Shown in pieces: positions 9,293 to 17,466 of a stretch of 32,000 bases of DNA (positions are counted from its first letter, which is position 1; every line of letters starts with the position of its first letter). The DNA comes from Pseudomonas aeruginosa (GTDB lineage: Bacteria; Pseudomonadota; Gammaproteobacteria; Pseudomonadales; Pseudomonadaceae). A model generated the notes under the pieces. That model did not search any database and was not told the origin of the DNA. It was given only the letters and a program-made list of their open reading frames with translations. The DNA lies in the NCBI RefSeq assembly GCF_001457615.1, contig NZ_LN831024.1, forward strand, positions 2,250,001-2,282,000, written 5' to 3'. The translations under genes were made by a program, and so were the position numbers.

Positions 9293-10594
9293 ATGTCTCC
9301 GAGCGCGTTGTCCCGTCTGTTGCGCCCGGTGGAACCCCTGACTCCGGCGATGAGCATCAGCGACGTCGCCGACCGCCTGCTGATGCCGGAGCACCGTGCC
9401 TTCCTCTCGCTGCCGGTGGTCGACGACGAGCGCCGGGTCCTCGGCCTGGTCAGCCGCTACACCCTCCAGGACATCTTCATGCAGCGTTTCGGCCGCGACC
9501 TCTGGGGCCGCCATCCGGTGCGCGACGTCATGAACCGGGCGCCCCTCAGCGTCTCCCTCGGCGCCAGCCTGGAAGAGGCGGCGCAGCAGGTCACCGGTCG
9601 CCTGCAGTATCCGATCACCGAGGACTTCGCCCTGGTCGACGAAGAGGGCCGCTACCGTGGCCTGGGCACCGTGCTCGACCTGCTGAAGGCCATGGAGGCG
9701 CGCATCGCCCAGCGCAACCGGGTGCTGCGCAAAGCGCTGGTGGACCTCAAGGAGTCCCAGGCGCAACTGGTGCAGTCGGAAAAGATGGCTTCGCTCGGGC
9801 AGATGGTGGCCGGGGTCGCACACGAGCTGAACACGCCGCTCGGCTACGTCGGCAACAACCTGGCGCTGCTGGAGGAGCTGAGCGATCCCTTGTTGCGCCT
9901 GGCCGATGCCCAGGCGGCGCTGGTCGACTGCCTGGGCGACCCGCAGTGCGACGAAGCGCGCCTGGCGCAGGCGCTGCAGGCGGCCGACGCGGTGCGCCGC
10001 GAAGCCGCCGTCGAACAGTTGCGCGAGGACCTGCGGCAATTGTTCGTCGATACCCGCTACGGCCTCGGCCAGATCGGCGAGCTGGTTTCCGGGCTCAAGG
10101 ACTTCGCCCGCCTGGACCGCGCCTTCAGCGAGGAGGTCGACCTCAACGACTGCGTGCGCAACGCCGTGCTGATCGCCCGCACCGCCACCAAGGACAAGGC
10201 CGAGATCAGCAGCCAGCTCGGCGAGCTGCCGCTTATCGCCTGCGCGCCGTCGCAGATCAACCAGGTGCTGCTGAACCTGCTGACCAACGCCGCGCAGGCC
10301 ATGGAGCGTTTCGGCCGCATCCTGCTGAAGAGCTGGGCCGACGAGCGCCAGGTGTTCCTCTCCGTGCAGGACAACGGCAAGGGCATGCCCGCCGAGGTCC
10401 TCGGCCGGATCTTCGACCCGTTCTTCACCACCAAGCCGGTGGGGCAGGGCACCGGGCTCGGCCTGTCGATCAGCTACAAGATCATCCAGCAACATGGCGG
10501 GACCATCCGCGTGGCCTCCGAACCGGGCCGCGGAACCCGCTTCCTCATCAGCCTGCCGCGAGAGCAGGCCCGCGAACTGAAACGGAGCGCCTGA
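9293..10594 (+). CDS. Soluble sensor histidine kinase with N-terminal CBS-domain pair
   Basis: [29 protein letters not shown]...(two CBS-like repeats)...[25 protein letters not shown]...NAAQAM...[20 protein letters not shown]; no TM segments seen. Confidence 0.9.
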   Translation: MSPSALSRLLRPVEPLTPAMSISDVADRLLMPEHRAFLSLPVVDDERRVLGLVSRYTLQDIFMQRFGRDLWGRHPVRDVMNRAPLSVSLGASLEEAAQQVTGRLQYPITEDFALVDEEGRYRGLGTVLDLLKAMEARIAQRNRVLRKALVDLKESQAQLVQSEKMASLGQMVAGVAHELNTPLGYVGNNLALLEELSDPLLRLADAQAALVDCLGDPQCDEARLAQALQAADAVRREAAVEQLREDLRQLFVDTRYGLGQIGELVSGLKDFARLDRAFSEEVDLNDCVRNAVLIARTATKDKAEISSQLGELPLIACAPSQINQVLLNLLTNAAQAMERFGRILLKSWADERQVFLSVQDNGKGMPAEVLGRIFDPFFTTKPVGQGTGLGLSISYKIIQQHGGTIRVASEPGRGTRFLISLPREQARELKRSA

Positions 10595-10595
10595 C

Positions 10596-11507
10596 ATGAG
10601 CCCATCTCCCGTCCGCATTCTCTTCGTCGATGACGAGGAGCGCATCCTGCGCAGCCTGGCCATGCAGTTCCGCCGCCATTACGAGGTGCTCACCGAGAGC
10701 GACCCGCGGCGCGCCCTGGAGCGCCTGAAGACGGAACGGATACAGGTGCTGGTCAGCGACCAGCGCATGCCGCAGATGAGCGGCGCCGAACTGCTGGCGC
10801 AGGCTCGCGAGCGCTATCCGGAGACCCTGCGGATTCTCCTCACCGGCTATTCCGACCTCGATGCCGCCGTCGACGCGCTCAACGACGGTGGCATCTTCCG
10901 CTACCTGACCAAGCCCTGGAATCCCCAGGAAATGGCCTTCACCCTGCGCCAGGCGGCGGAGATCGCCAGCCGCCAGGGCCTGCCGGCGCCGCCCGCGGCC
11001 ACGCTGGCGGCGCCGCTGAGCGTGCTGCTGCTCGACGACGACCCGGAAACCCTGGACTGCGTCGGGGCCTTCTGCCATGCCGGCGGGCATCGCCTGCTGC
11101 GTGCGCGCAACCTGGCCGAGGCGCTGGTGTGGCTGAACACCGAACCGGTGGAGGTGCTGGTCAGCGACCTGAAGCTGGCCGGGGAGCATACCGCGCCGCT
11201 GCTGAAATCCCTGGCCCAGGCCCATCCGCGCCTGCTCAGCCTGGTGGTCACGCCGTTCCGCGACACCCAGGCCCTGCTCGAACTGATCAACCAGGCGCAG
11301 ATATTCCGCTACCTGCCCAAGCCGATCCGCAGGGGATTGTTCGAGAAAGGCCTGAAGGCGGCCGCCGAGCAGGCCTTGCTGTGGCGCGGGCGAAGCCTGC
11401 CGGAGGTCGACCGGCTGGCCGAGGTGCCGCGCGACGAGCGCGAGAAGGAACGGGTCGGCAGCCTGCTCGGCATGCTCGGCCGCCTGCGCGAGCGGCTGAC
11501 GGCCTGA
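10596..11507 (+). CDS. Response regulator with two receiver domains and no recognisable DNA-binding output
   Basis: ILFVDDEERIL...VLVSDQRMPQMSG...LTGYSD...YLTKPW then LSVLLLDDDPETLDC...VLVSDLKLAG...YLPKPI; starts 2 nt after the kinase stop codon. Confidence 0.9.
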   Translation: MSPSPVRILFVDDEERILRSLAMQFRRHYEVLTESDPRRALERLKTERIQVLVSDQRMPQMSGAELLAQARERYPETLRILLTGYSDLDAAVDALNDGGIFRYLTKPWNPQEMAFTLRQAAEIASRQGLPAPPAATLAAPLSVLLLDDDPETLDCVGAFCHAGGHRLLRARNLAEALVWLNTEPVEVLVSDLKLAGEHTAPLLKSLAQAHPRLLSLVVTPFRDTQALLELINQAQIFRYLPKPIRRGLFEKGLKAAAEQALLWRGRSLPEVDRLAEVPRDEREKERVGSLLGMLGRLRERLTA

Positions 11508-11515
11508 ACGCCGGC

Positions 11516-11986
11516 CTAGCCGGCGTCGCAACCGGCGGCCTTGGCCTGGCGGCTTTCCACCAGGCGTGCGCGGAGGACGTCGTAGCTCCAGTTGAAGGCC
11601 ATGGTGTAGGGCAGGAAGAACAGGATCAGGCCCATGTCGAGGAGGAACGCCTCGACCAGTCCGATCGACAGCCACCAGGCGGCCAGCGGTACCAGCACCA
11701 CGATCAGGCCCAGCTCGAAGAGCATCGCATGCAGCACCCGGACCTGCAGGGTGCGCTGGAAGCCCATGCGCCGCTGGGCGCGGTCGAAGAGGCTGTTGAA
11801 GAGCATGTTCCAGAGCATCGCCACGGTGGAGAACATCAGCGTCAGCGCACCCATGTGCGCCAGGGGCTTGTTCATCACCAGCGACAGCACCGGCGCGGTG
11901 AGGAGGACGGCCAGGCCCTCGAAGGCCAGGGCGTGGAAGATCCGCTCCTTGAGAGTCTTGTCGAGGGCGGTGTGGGTGTGGGTCAT
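11516..11986 (-). CDS. PACE-family (AceI-like, paired BTP-type repeats) multidrug/chlorhexidine efflux protein
   Basis: MTHTHTALDKTLKERIFHALAFEGLAVLLTAPVLSLVMNKPLAHMGALTLMFSTVAMLWNMLFNSLFDR...; short protein with 4 TM segments. Start at ATG 11984-11986. Confidence 0.88.
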   Translation of the reverse strand: MTHTHTALDKTLKERIFHALAFEGLAVLLTAPVLSLVMNKPLAHMGALTLMFSTVAMLWNMLFNSLFDRAQRRMGFQRTLQVRVLHAMLFELGLIVVLVPLAAWWLSIGLVEAFLLDMGLILFFLPYTMAFNWSYDVLRARLVESRQAKAAGCDAG

Positions 11987-12062
11987 GGCGAACGCTCCCG
12001 GTTCGTCGTTGAAGTCGGGCTGTATTGTCATCGGTCTTTGGGATAGGGTTAAGTTGGATACC

Positions 12063-12077
12063 ATCGGAAAAACCGAT
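12063..12077 (+). promoter_or_regulatory. Candidate LysR-type operator (ATCGG-AAAAA-CCGAT) abutting the LysR start codon
   Basis: Perfect 5-5-5 inverted repeat with T-N11-A spacing, between the divergent PACE and LysR genes. Confidence 0.55.
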
Positions 12078-12968
12078 ATGCATTTGTCGCCCGAATCCCT
12101 CGAGGCCTTCGTCCAGGCCGTTTCCCTCGGCTCCTTCAGCGCCGCCGCGCGCAAGCTGGGCAAGAGCCAGTCGACCGTCAGCGAGGCCATTGCCCGGCTG
12201 GAGATCGACCTCGGCCTGGAACTCTTCGATCGCAGTGGCCGCCAGCCGCAACTGACCGAGGCCGGACGCACCCTGCTGGGACGGGTCGAGGAGGTCCTCG
12301 GCGCATCCGACCGCCTGCGCCGGGTCGCCGCGCTGCTCGCCGGCGGCTCGGAACCACGGGTGACCCTGGCGCTATCCGACACCTACCATTCGGCGCGCTA
12401 CGAGGCGCGCCTGGCCGAACTGGACGAGCGTTACCCTGAGCTGGAGTTCGAATGCCTGATCGCCGAGGACCAGGACGTGATCGCCCAGGTCAGCCGCGGC
12501 CGCGCCACCCTCGGCCTGCTCGCCGCGCAGCCGCACTACCCGCCGGAGCTGGGCGTGGCGGCGGTCGCCGAGCGTGCCGAGTTCGGCCTGTTCGCCGCCG
12601 TCGACCATCCGCTGGCGGGCCTGGAGCGGGTCAGCGAGCGTGACCTTTCCGAATGGCGTCTGCTGCGCCTGAACACCTATAGCGAGACCGGCGCGGCGAT
12701 CAACGACGGCCTGCCGTCCAGCGGCGGGCGCTGCTGGTCGGCGCCCAACTACCTGTTGCTGCTGGAAATGGCCACCCACGGCTTCGGTTGGGCCGAGCTG
12801 CCGCGCTGGCTGGTCAGCGGCTACGCCAACGGACGGCTGAAGGAGTTGCCGGTGTCCGGCTGGCCGCGCAGCCAGGCGGTGGACGTGGTCTGGTCGCGGC
12901 AGCGGCCGTTGGGACCGGCGGCCAACTGGTTGCTGGACCGCTTGCTGGATCGCGACCTGCCTATCTAG
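12078..12968 (+). CDS. LysR-family transcriptional regulator, divergent from the PACE efflux gene
   Basis: MHLSPESLEAFVQAVSLGSFSAAARKLGKSQSTVSEAIARLEIDLGLELFDRSGRQPQLTEAGRTLL; start at ATG 12078 rather than the far-upstream track start. Confidence 0.93.
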   Translation: MHLSPESLEAFVQAVSLGSFSAAARKLGKSQSTVSEAIARLEIDLGLELFDRSGRQPQLTEAGRTLLGRVEEVLGASDRLRRVAALLAGGSEPRVTLALSDTYHSARYEARLAELDERYPELEFECLIAEDQDVIAQVSRGRATLGLLAAQPHYPPELGVAAVAERAEFGLFAAVDHPLAGLERVSERDLSEWRLLRLNTYSETGAAINDGLPSSGGRCWSAPNYLLLLEMATHGFGWAELPRWLVSGYANGRLKELPVSGWPRSQAVDVVWSRQRPLGPAANWLLDRLLDRDLPI

Positions 12969-12990
12969 GGAGGGCCGGCTGAGCCCCGGT

Positions 12991-13560
12991 TCAGCCGGCG
13001 AAGCCGCCGGCGGCGAGGAAGGCGAGTTCCTCGGCGCTGGACGGGCGACCGAGGATCGGATTGCGATGGGGAAAGCGCCCGAAGCGGCGGATGATCTCTC
13101 GATGCTCACGAGCGTGGGCGAGGAAGGGCTGGCCGAGTCCGTGGTTCAGCGCTACCGAGCGATCCTGGTCGGCAAGGTTCTCGGCATGGGCGAACGGCAG
13201 GTAGAAGAACAGCCGCAGCGCGTCCCCGACCTGGCGGTCGAGGCCTTGTCCCAGAGCCCGCTCCGCCCAGCGCCGCGCTTGGGCGTCGCTGGCGTACATG
13301 CGCGGGGTTCCACGGAAGGCGTTGCGCGGGTACTGGTCGAGCAGCAACAGCAGGCCGAGATGGTCCTCGGCTTCATCGGCAGCCGGGCGCAGCGCGTCGG
13401 CGCAGGCAAGCTCGTAGAGGTGGGCGAAGCGCTCGCGGAAGCGCCGGTCGAAATCGGCGTTCCTGGCGAACCAGAGGGTAGGGCCGGCATCGCGCCAGAA
13501 ACCGACCACTTCCGGCAGCGGGGACGCGCTGGGAGGAAGCAAAAGCGCTGCATGGGGCAT
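12991..13560 (-). CDS. DUF924 family protein
   Basis: MPHAALLLPPSASPLPEVVGFWRDAGPTLWFARNADFDRRFRERFAHLYELACADAL...LLLLDQYPRNAFRGTPRMYASDAQAR; alternative ATG start at 13632. Confidence 0.85.
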   Translation of the reverse strand: MPHAALLLPPSASPLPEVVGFWRDAGPTLWFARNADFDRRFRERFAHLYELACADALRPAADEAEDHLGLLLLLDQYPRNAFRGTPRMYASDAQARRWAERALGQGLDRQVGDALRLFFYLPFAHAENLADQDRSVALNHGLGQPFLAHAREHREIIRRFGRFPHRNPILGRPSSAEELAFLAAGGFAG

Positions 13561-13677
13561 CTGCGGATCCAGGAAGTAGAGTAGGGACTCCAGGCTATTG
13601 GTCCGGGTTCTTTGGATAAACGTAGGTGGCATGGATAGACTGTCCAGCCATCCCGAATAGAGAGAAGGGGCCTGCCC

Positions 13678-14571
13678 ATGGATCGTCTGGACAGCATGCG
13701 CGTGTTCCTGCGCGTTGCCGAAACCGGCAGCTTCACCAAGGCCGCGGACCTGCTGGACATGCCGCGGGCGACGGTCTCGGCGGCGGTCCAGCAGCTCGAA
13801 GCGCAACTCGGCAGCCGGCTGCTGCATCGCACCACCCGGCAGGTCCAGCTGACCCACGACGGCAGCGTGGTGCTGGAGCGTTGCCGCCACCTGCTGGAAG
13901 ACATGGAGGAGCTGGAGAGCCTGTTCCACGACGGCAGCCGCGCCAGCGGCCGGCTCAAGGTCGACGTGCCGAGCCGGGTGGCGCGACTGCTGATCGCCCC
14001 GGCGCTGCCGGAATTCTTCCGCCAGCATCCGGACATCGAACTGGAACTGGGTTCCAGCGACCGTTCGGTGGACCTGGTGCAGGAGGGCGTCGACTGCGTC
14101 CTGCGGGTCGGCCAGTTGGGCAACAGCAGCCTGGTGGCGCGACGCCTCGGCGAGATGCAACTGATCAATTGCGCCAGTCCCGCCTACCTGGAAGAGCATG
14201 GCGAGCCACGGACGCCAGCCGACCTCGACCGGCACTGGGCGGTCAACTATGCCTCGCCCAGCAGCGGCCGGGTGTTGCCCTGGGAGTATCGCGAGGATGG
14301 GCGCACCCTGACCCGCGCGTTGCGCAGCCGGGTCACGGTGAACAACGCGGAAAGCTACATCGCCTGCTGCCTGTCCGGACTGGGCCTGATCCAGATCCCT
14401 GCCTACGACGTGCGCGAGCACCTCCAACGCGGCGAGCTGCGCGAGGTGCTGCCGCAGTGGCGGGCCGAAGCGATGCCGGCGTACGCCCTGTATCCGCACC
14501 GGCGGCATCTGTCGCGGCGGGTCAGGGCATTCGTCGACTGGCTGGAGCAACTGCTCCGCGCCCGCCTCTAG
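13678..14571 (+). CDS. LysR-family transcriptional regulator
   Basis: 297 aa, MDRLDSMRVFLRVAETGSFTKAADLLDMPRATVSAAVQQLEAQLGSRLLHRTTRQVQLTHDG. Confidence 0.94.
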   Translation: MDRLDSMRVFLRVAETGSFTKAADLLDMPRATVSAAVQQLEAQLGSRLLHRTTRQVQLTHDGSVVLERCRHLLEDMEELESLFHDGSRASGRLKVDVPSRVARLLIAPALPEFFRQHPDIELELGSSDRSVDLVQEGVDCVLRVGQLGNSSLVARRLGEMQLINCASPAYLEEHGEPRTPADLDRHWAVNYASPSSGRVLPWEYREDGRTLTRALRSRVTVNNAESYIACCLSGLGLIQIPAYDVREHLQRGELREVLPQWRAEAMPAYALYPHRRHLSRRVRAFVDWLEQLLRARL

Positions 14572-14667
14572 TCCACGACGTTCATCTCCCCGGCGCGTTC
14601 CGGGCTACGGCAAACGGCCGGATTCTGCGACAATGCGCGCCGTTTTCGATTCGCCGCGAGAGAGCCC

Positions 14668-15366
14668 ATGTCCGCCTGCCAGTCCCCCATCATCGTCGCC
14701 CTGGATTTCCCCACCCGTGAGGCCGCCCTGGCGCTGGCCGATCAGCTGGACCCGAAACTGTGCCGGGTGAAGGTCGGCAAGGAACTCTTCACCAGTTGTG
14801 CCGCGGGTATAGTCGAGACCTTGCGTGGCAAGGGCTTCGAGGTGTTCCTCGACCTGAAATTCCACGACATCCCGAACACCACGGCGATGGCGGTGAAGGC
14901 CGCCGCCGAGATGGGCGTGTGGATGGTCAACGTGCACTGCTCCGGCGGCCTGCGCATGATGGCCGCCTGCCGCGAGACGCTGGAGGCCTTCAGCGGGCCC
15001 AGGCCGTTGCTCATCGGCGTGACCGTGCTGACCAGCATGGAGCGCGAGGACCTGGCGGGCATCGGCCTCGACATCGAGCCCCAGGAGCAGGTGTTGCGCC
15101 TCGCCGCCCTGGCGCAGAAGGCCGGCATGGACGGCCTGGTCTGCTCGGCCCAGGAAGCGCCGGCGCTGAAGGCCGCCCATCCGGGCCTGCAACTGGTCAC
15201 GCCGGGCATCCGCCCGGCCGGCAGCGCCCAGGACGACCAGCGGCGCATCCTCACCCCGCGCCAGGCCCTGGACGCCGGCTCCGATTACCTGGTGATCGGC
15301 CGGCCGATCAGCCAGGCCGCCGACCCGGCCAAGGCGCTGGCGGCGATCGTCGCCGAACTGGGCTGA
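14668..15366 (+). CDS. pyrF: Orotidine 5'-phosphate decarboxylase
   Basis: 232 aa, [38 protein letters not shown]-like N-terminus, [15 protein letters not shown] catalytic motif, [21 protein letters not shown]. Confidence 0.97.
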   Translation: MSACQSPIIVALDFPTREAALALADQLDPKLCRVKVGKELFTSCAAGIVETLRGKGFEVFLDLKFHDIPNTTAMAVKAAAEMGVWMVNVHCSGGLRMMAACRETLEAFSGPRPLLIGVTVLTSMEREDLAGIGLDIEPQEQVLRLAALAQKAGMDGLVCSAQEAPALKAAHPGLQLVTPGIRPAGSAQDDQRRILTPRQALDAGSDYLVIGRPISQAADPAKALAAIVAELG

Positions 15367-15595
15367 GGCGGCTTCCCCCACGCCTGCCGTCGGCGACCGT
15401 CGCGCGCCGTGTCGAGCCGGACTGGCGCAGGCATCATCCGCGCCTGTCCCTCCCCAGCGTCTAGGCTTGTAGCGGGCACTCCGGCAAGTACCGGTGGCAA
15501 CGGTTTCACAGTTTCGTGAGGAAAAATTGCAAGTGCCTTGCCGGCTGGCCCCAGGCCAGTAGGATCGCTGTTTTCCCCGGAAACGCGAGGTCGGG

Positions 15596-16513
15596 ATGCT
15601 GAACACCCTGGAAGCCTGCCTGAAGGCGGTCGATGAGATTCTCCTGGGCAAGGACCGCCAGGTGCGCCTGGCCCTGGCCTGCCTGCTGGCCCGTGGGCAC
15701 CTGTTGATCGAAGACCTGCCGGGGATGGGCAAGACTACCCTCAGCCATGCCCTGGCGCGGGTGCTCGGGCTCAGTTTCCAGCGCATCCAGTTCACCTCGG
15801 ACCTGCTGCCGGGCGATATCCTCGGTACCTCGGTGTTCGACAAGGACAGCGGGCAATTCGTCTTCCATCCCGGGCCGATCTTCGCCGAACTGGTGCTTGC
15901 CGACGAGATCAACCGCGCCACGCCGAAAAGCCAGAGCGCCTTGCTCGAGGCGATGGAAGAAGGCCAGGTGACCATCGAGGGCGCCACCCGGCCCTTGCCG
16001 GAACCGTTCTTCGTCATCGCCACGCAGAACCCGGCCAGCCAGGGCGGCACCTTCTCCCTGCCGGAATCGCAGCTGGATCGCTTCCTGATGCGCCTGTCGC
16101 TGGGTTACCCCGGGCGCGCGGCGGAACGCTCGCTGTTGCTCGGCGAAGCCCGGCGCGATCTGCTGCCGCGCCTGGAACCCTTGCTCGACCATGCGGCGCT
16201 GGCCGCTTTCCAGGCCGAAGTGCCGAAGATCCGCGCCAGCGACGCGCTGGTGGACTACGTGCTGCGCCTGGTCGAAGCGACCCGCACGCAGCCGGCCTTC
16301 GCCCTCGGCCTGTCGCCGCGCGGTAGCCTGGCGTTGCTCGCCGCGGCGCGTGCCTGGGCGCTGCTGGCGGGACGCGACTATGTGATTCCGGAAGACGTCC
16401 AGGCGGTGTTGCCGGCGGTCGCCGGGCATCGCCTGCGCGACCAGGCGGACCCCACCGGGCACGGTGGCGGCGCGCTGGTGCAATGGCTGTTGCGCGAAGT
16501 CCCGGCGCTCTGA
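15596..16513 (+). CDS. MoxR-family AAA+ ATPase
   Basis: 305 aa, LIEDLPGMGKTTLSHALARVLGLSFQRIQFTSDLLPGDILG...LADEINRATPKSQSALLEAMEE. Confidence 0.94.
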   Translation: MLNTLEACLKAVDEILLGKDRQVRLALACLLARGHLLIEDLPGMGKTTLSHALARVLGLSFQRIQFTSDLLPGDILGTSVFDKDSGQFVFHPGPIFAELVLADEINRATPKSQSALLEAMEEGQVTIEGATRPLPEPFFVIATQNPASQGGTFSLPESQLDRFLMRLSLGYPGRAAERSLLLGEARRDLLPRLEPLLDHAALAAFQAEVPKIRASDALVDYVLRLVEATRTQPAFALGLSPRGSLALLAAARAWALLAGRDYVIPEDVQAVLPAVAGHRLRDQADPTGHGGGALVQWLLREVPAL

Positions 16514-17466
16514 TGCGCCTGCGCAACTGGCCGCGCTGGCAGCGCTGGCTGAACCGACGGATACCGCCGGCGAGCAGCGTCGAGCTGAACCAGCGCCGCG
16601 TATTCATCCTGCCGACCCGCCAGGGCGGCGCTTTCGGCCTGGCGCTGCTGGTGATGCTGCTGGCGGCGATCAACTACCAGAACAGCCTGGCCTACGGGTT
16701 GACCTTCCTGCTGCTGTCCCTGGGCGTGGTGACCATCCTCCATACCTATCGCAACCTTGCCGGCCTGCGCCTCACCGCGTTGGGAGCGGACCCGGTGTTC
16801 GCCGGCGAGCGCGCCGGTTTCCGGGTGCGCCTGGAAAGCCCGCGGCGGGCGCGCCAGGCTATCGCCGTCGGCTGGCCGGAGCGGCCGCTGGAATACGCCG
16901 ACCTGGCAGGCGACGCGGCTGCCGAGGTGCTGCTGTTCCACCCGACCGAGCGACGCGGCTGGCTGCGGCCGGGGCGCCTGCGGGTGGAGAGTCGCTTTCC
17001 CCTCGGCCTGCTGGTGGCCTGGAGCTGGGTCGACCTGCGCCAGCAGGCGCTGGTCTACCCTCGGCCGCAGGCCGGCGAGCCGTTCCTCGCGCCGGGCGCG
17101 GAGGATGCCGAGGACCAGGGGCGCGCGCTGGCGAGCGCGGGCGTCGACGACTACCAGGGACTGCGCGCCTACCAGCCGGGCGACTCGCGGCGGCGCCTGC
17201 ACTGGAAGGCGTTTTCCCGTGGCCAGGGGCTGCTGGTGAAGGACTTCGCCGCGCTCGGTGGGGAAGACTTGTGGCTGGAATTCGAGCGCCTCGGCGGGGA
17301 TCTCGAAAGTCGCCTGGGCCGCTTGTGCCATGCAGTCCTGGAACTCTCCGCGCGGCAGCAGCCCTATGGCCTGGCGCTGCCCGGCACACGCCTGCAACCG
17401 GCCAGCGGCGAGGCCCAGCGCGAGGCCTGCCTGCGTGCGCTAGCGTTGTTCGGAGCGGCGCGATGA
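16513..17466 (+). CDS. DUF58 domain protein
   Basis: MRLRNWPRWQRWLNRRIPPASSVELNQRRVFILPTRQGGAFGLALLVMLLAAINYQNSLAYGLTFLL...GLRAYQPGDSRRRLHWKAFSRG; TGATG overlap with moxR. Confidence 0.92.
   Translation: MRLRNWPRWQRWLNRRIPPASSVELNQRRVFILPTRQGGAFGLALLVMLLAAINYQNSLAYGLTFLLLSLGVVTILHTYRNLAGLRLTALGADPVFAGERAGFRVRLESPRRARQAIAVGWPERPLEYADLAGDAAAEVLLFHPTERRGWLRPGRLRVESRFPLGLLVAWSWVDLRQQALVYPRPQAGEPFLAPGAEDAEDQGRALASAGVDDYQGLRAYQPGDSRRRLHWKAFSRGQGLLVKDFAALGGEDLWLEFERLGGDLESRLGRLCHAVLELSARQQPYGLALPGTRLQPASGEAQREACLRALALFGAAR

Noticed and set aside
9259-10599. 446-aa alternative-frame ORF over the histidine kinase
   Set aside because: Arg/Pro/Gly-rich, no motifs; the overlapping frame encodes clear H, N and G boxes.
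14605-16050. 481-aa minus-strand ORF over pyrF and moxR
   Set aside because: Antisense shadow of pyrF and moxR, with no recognisable domain.
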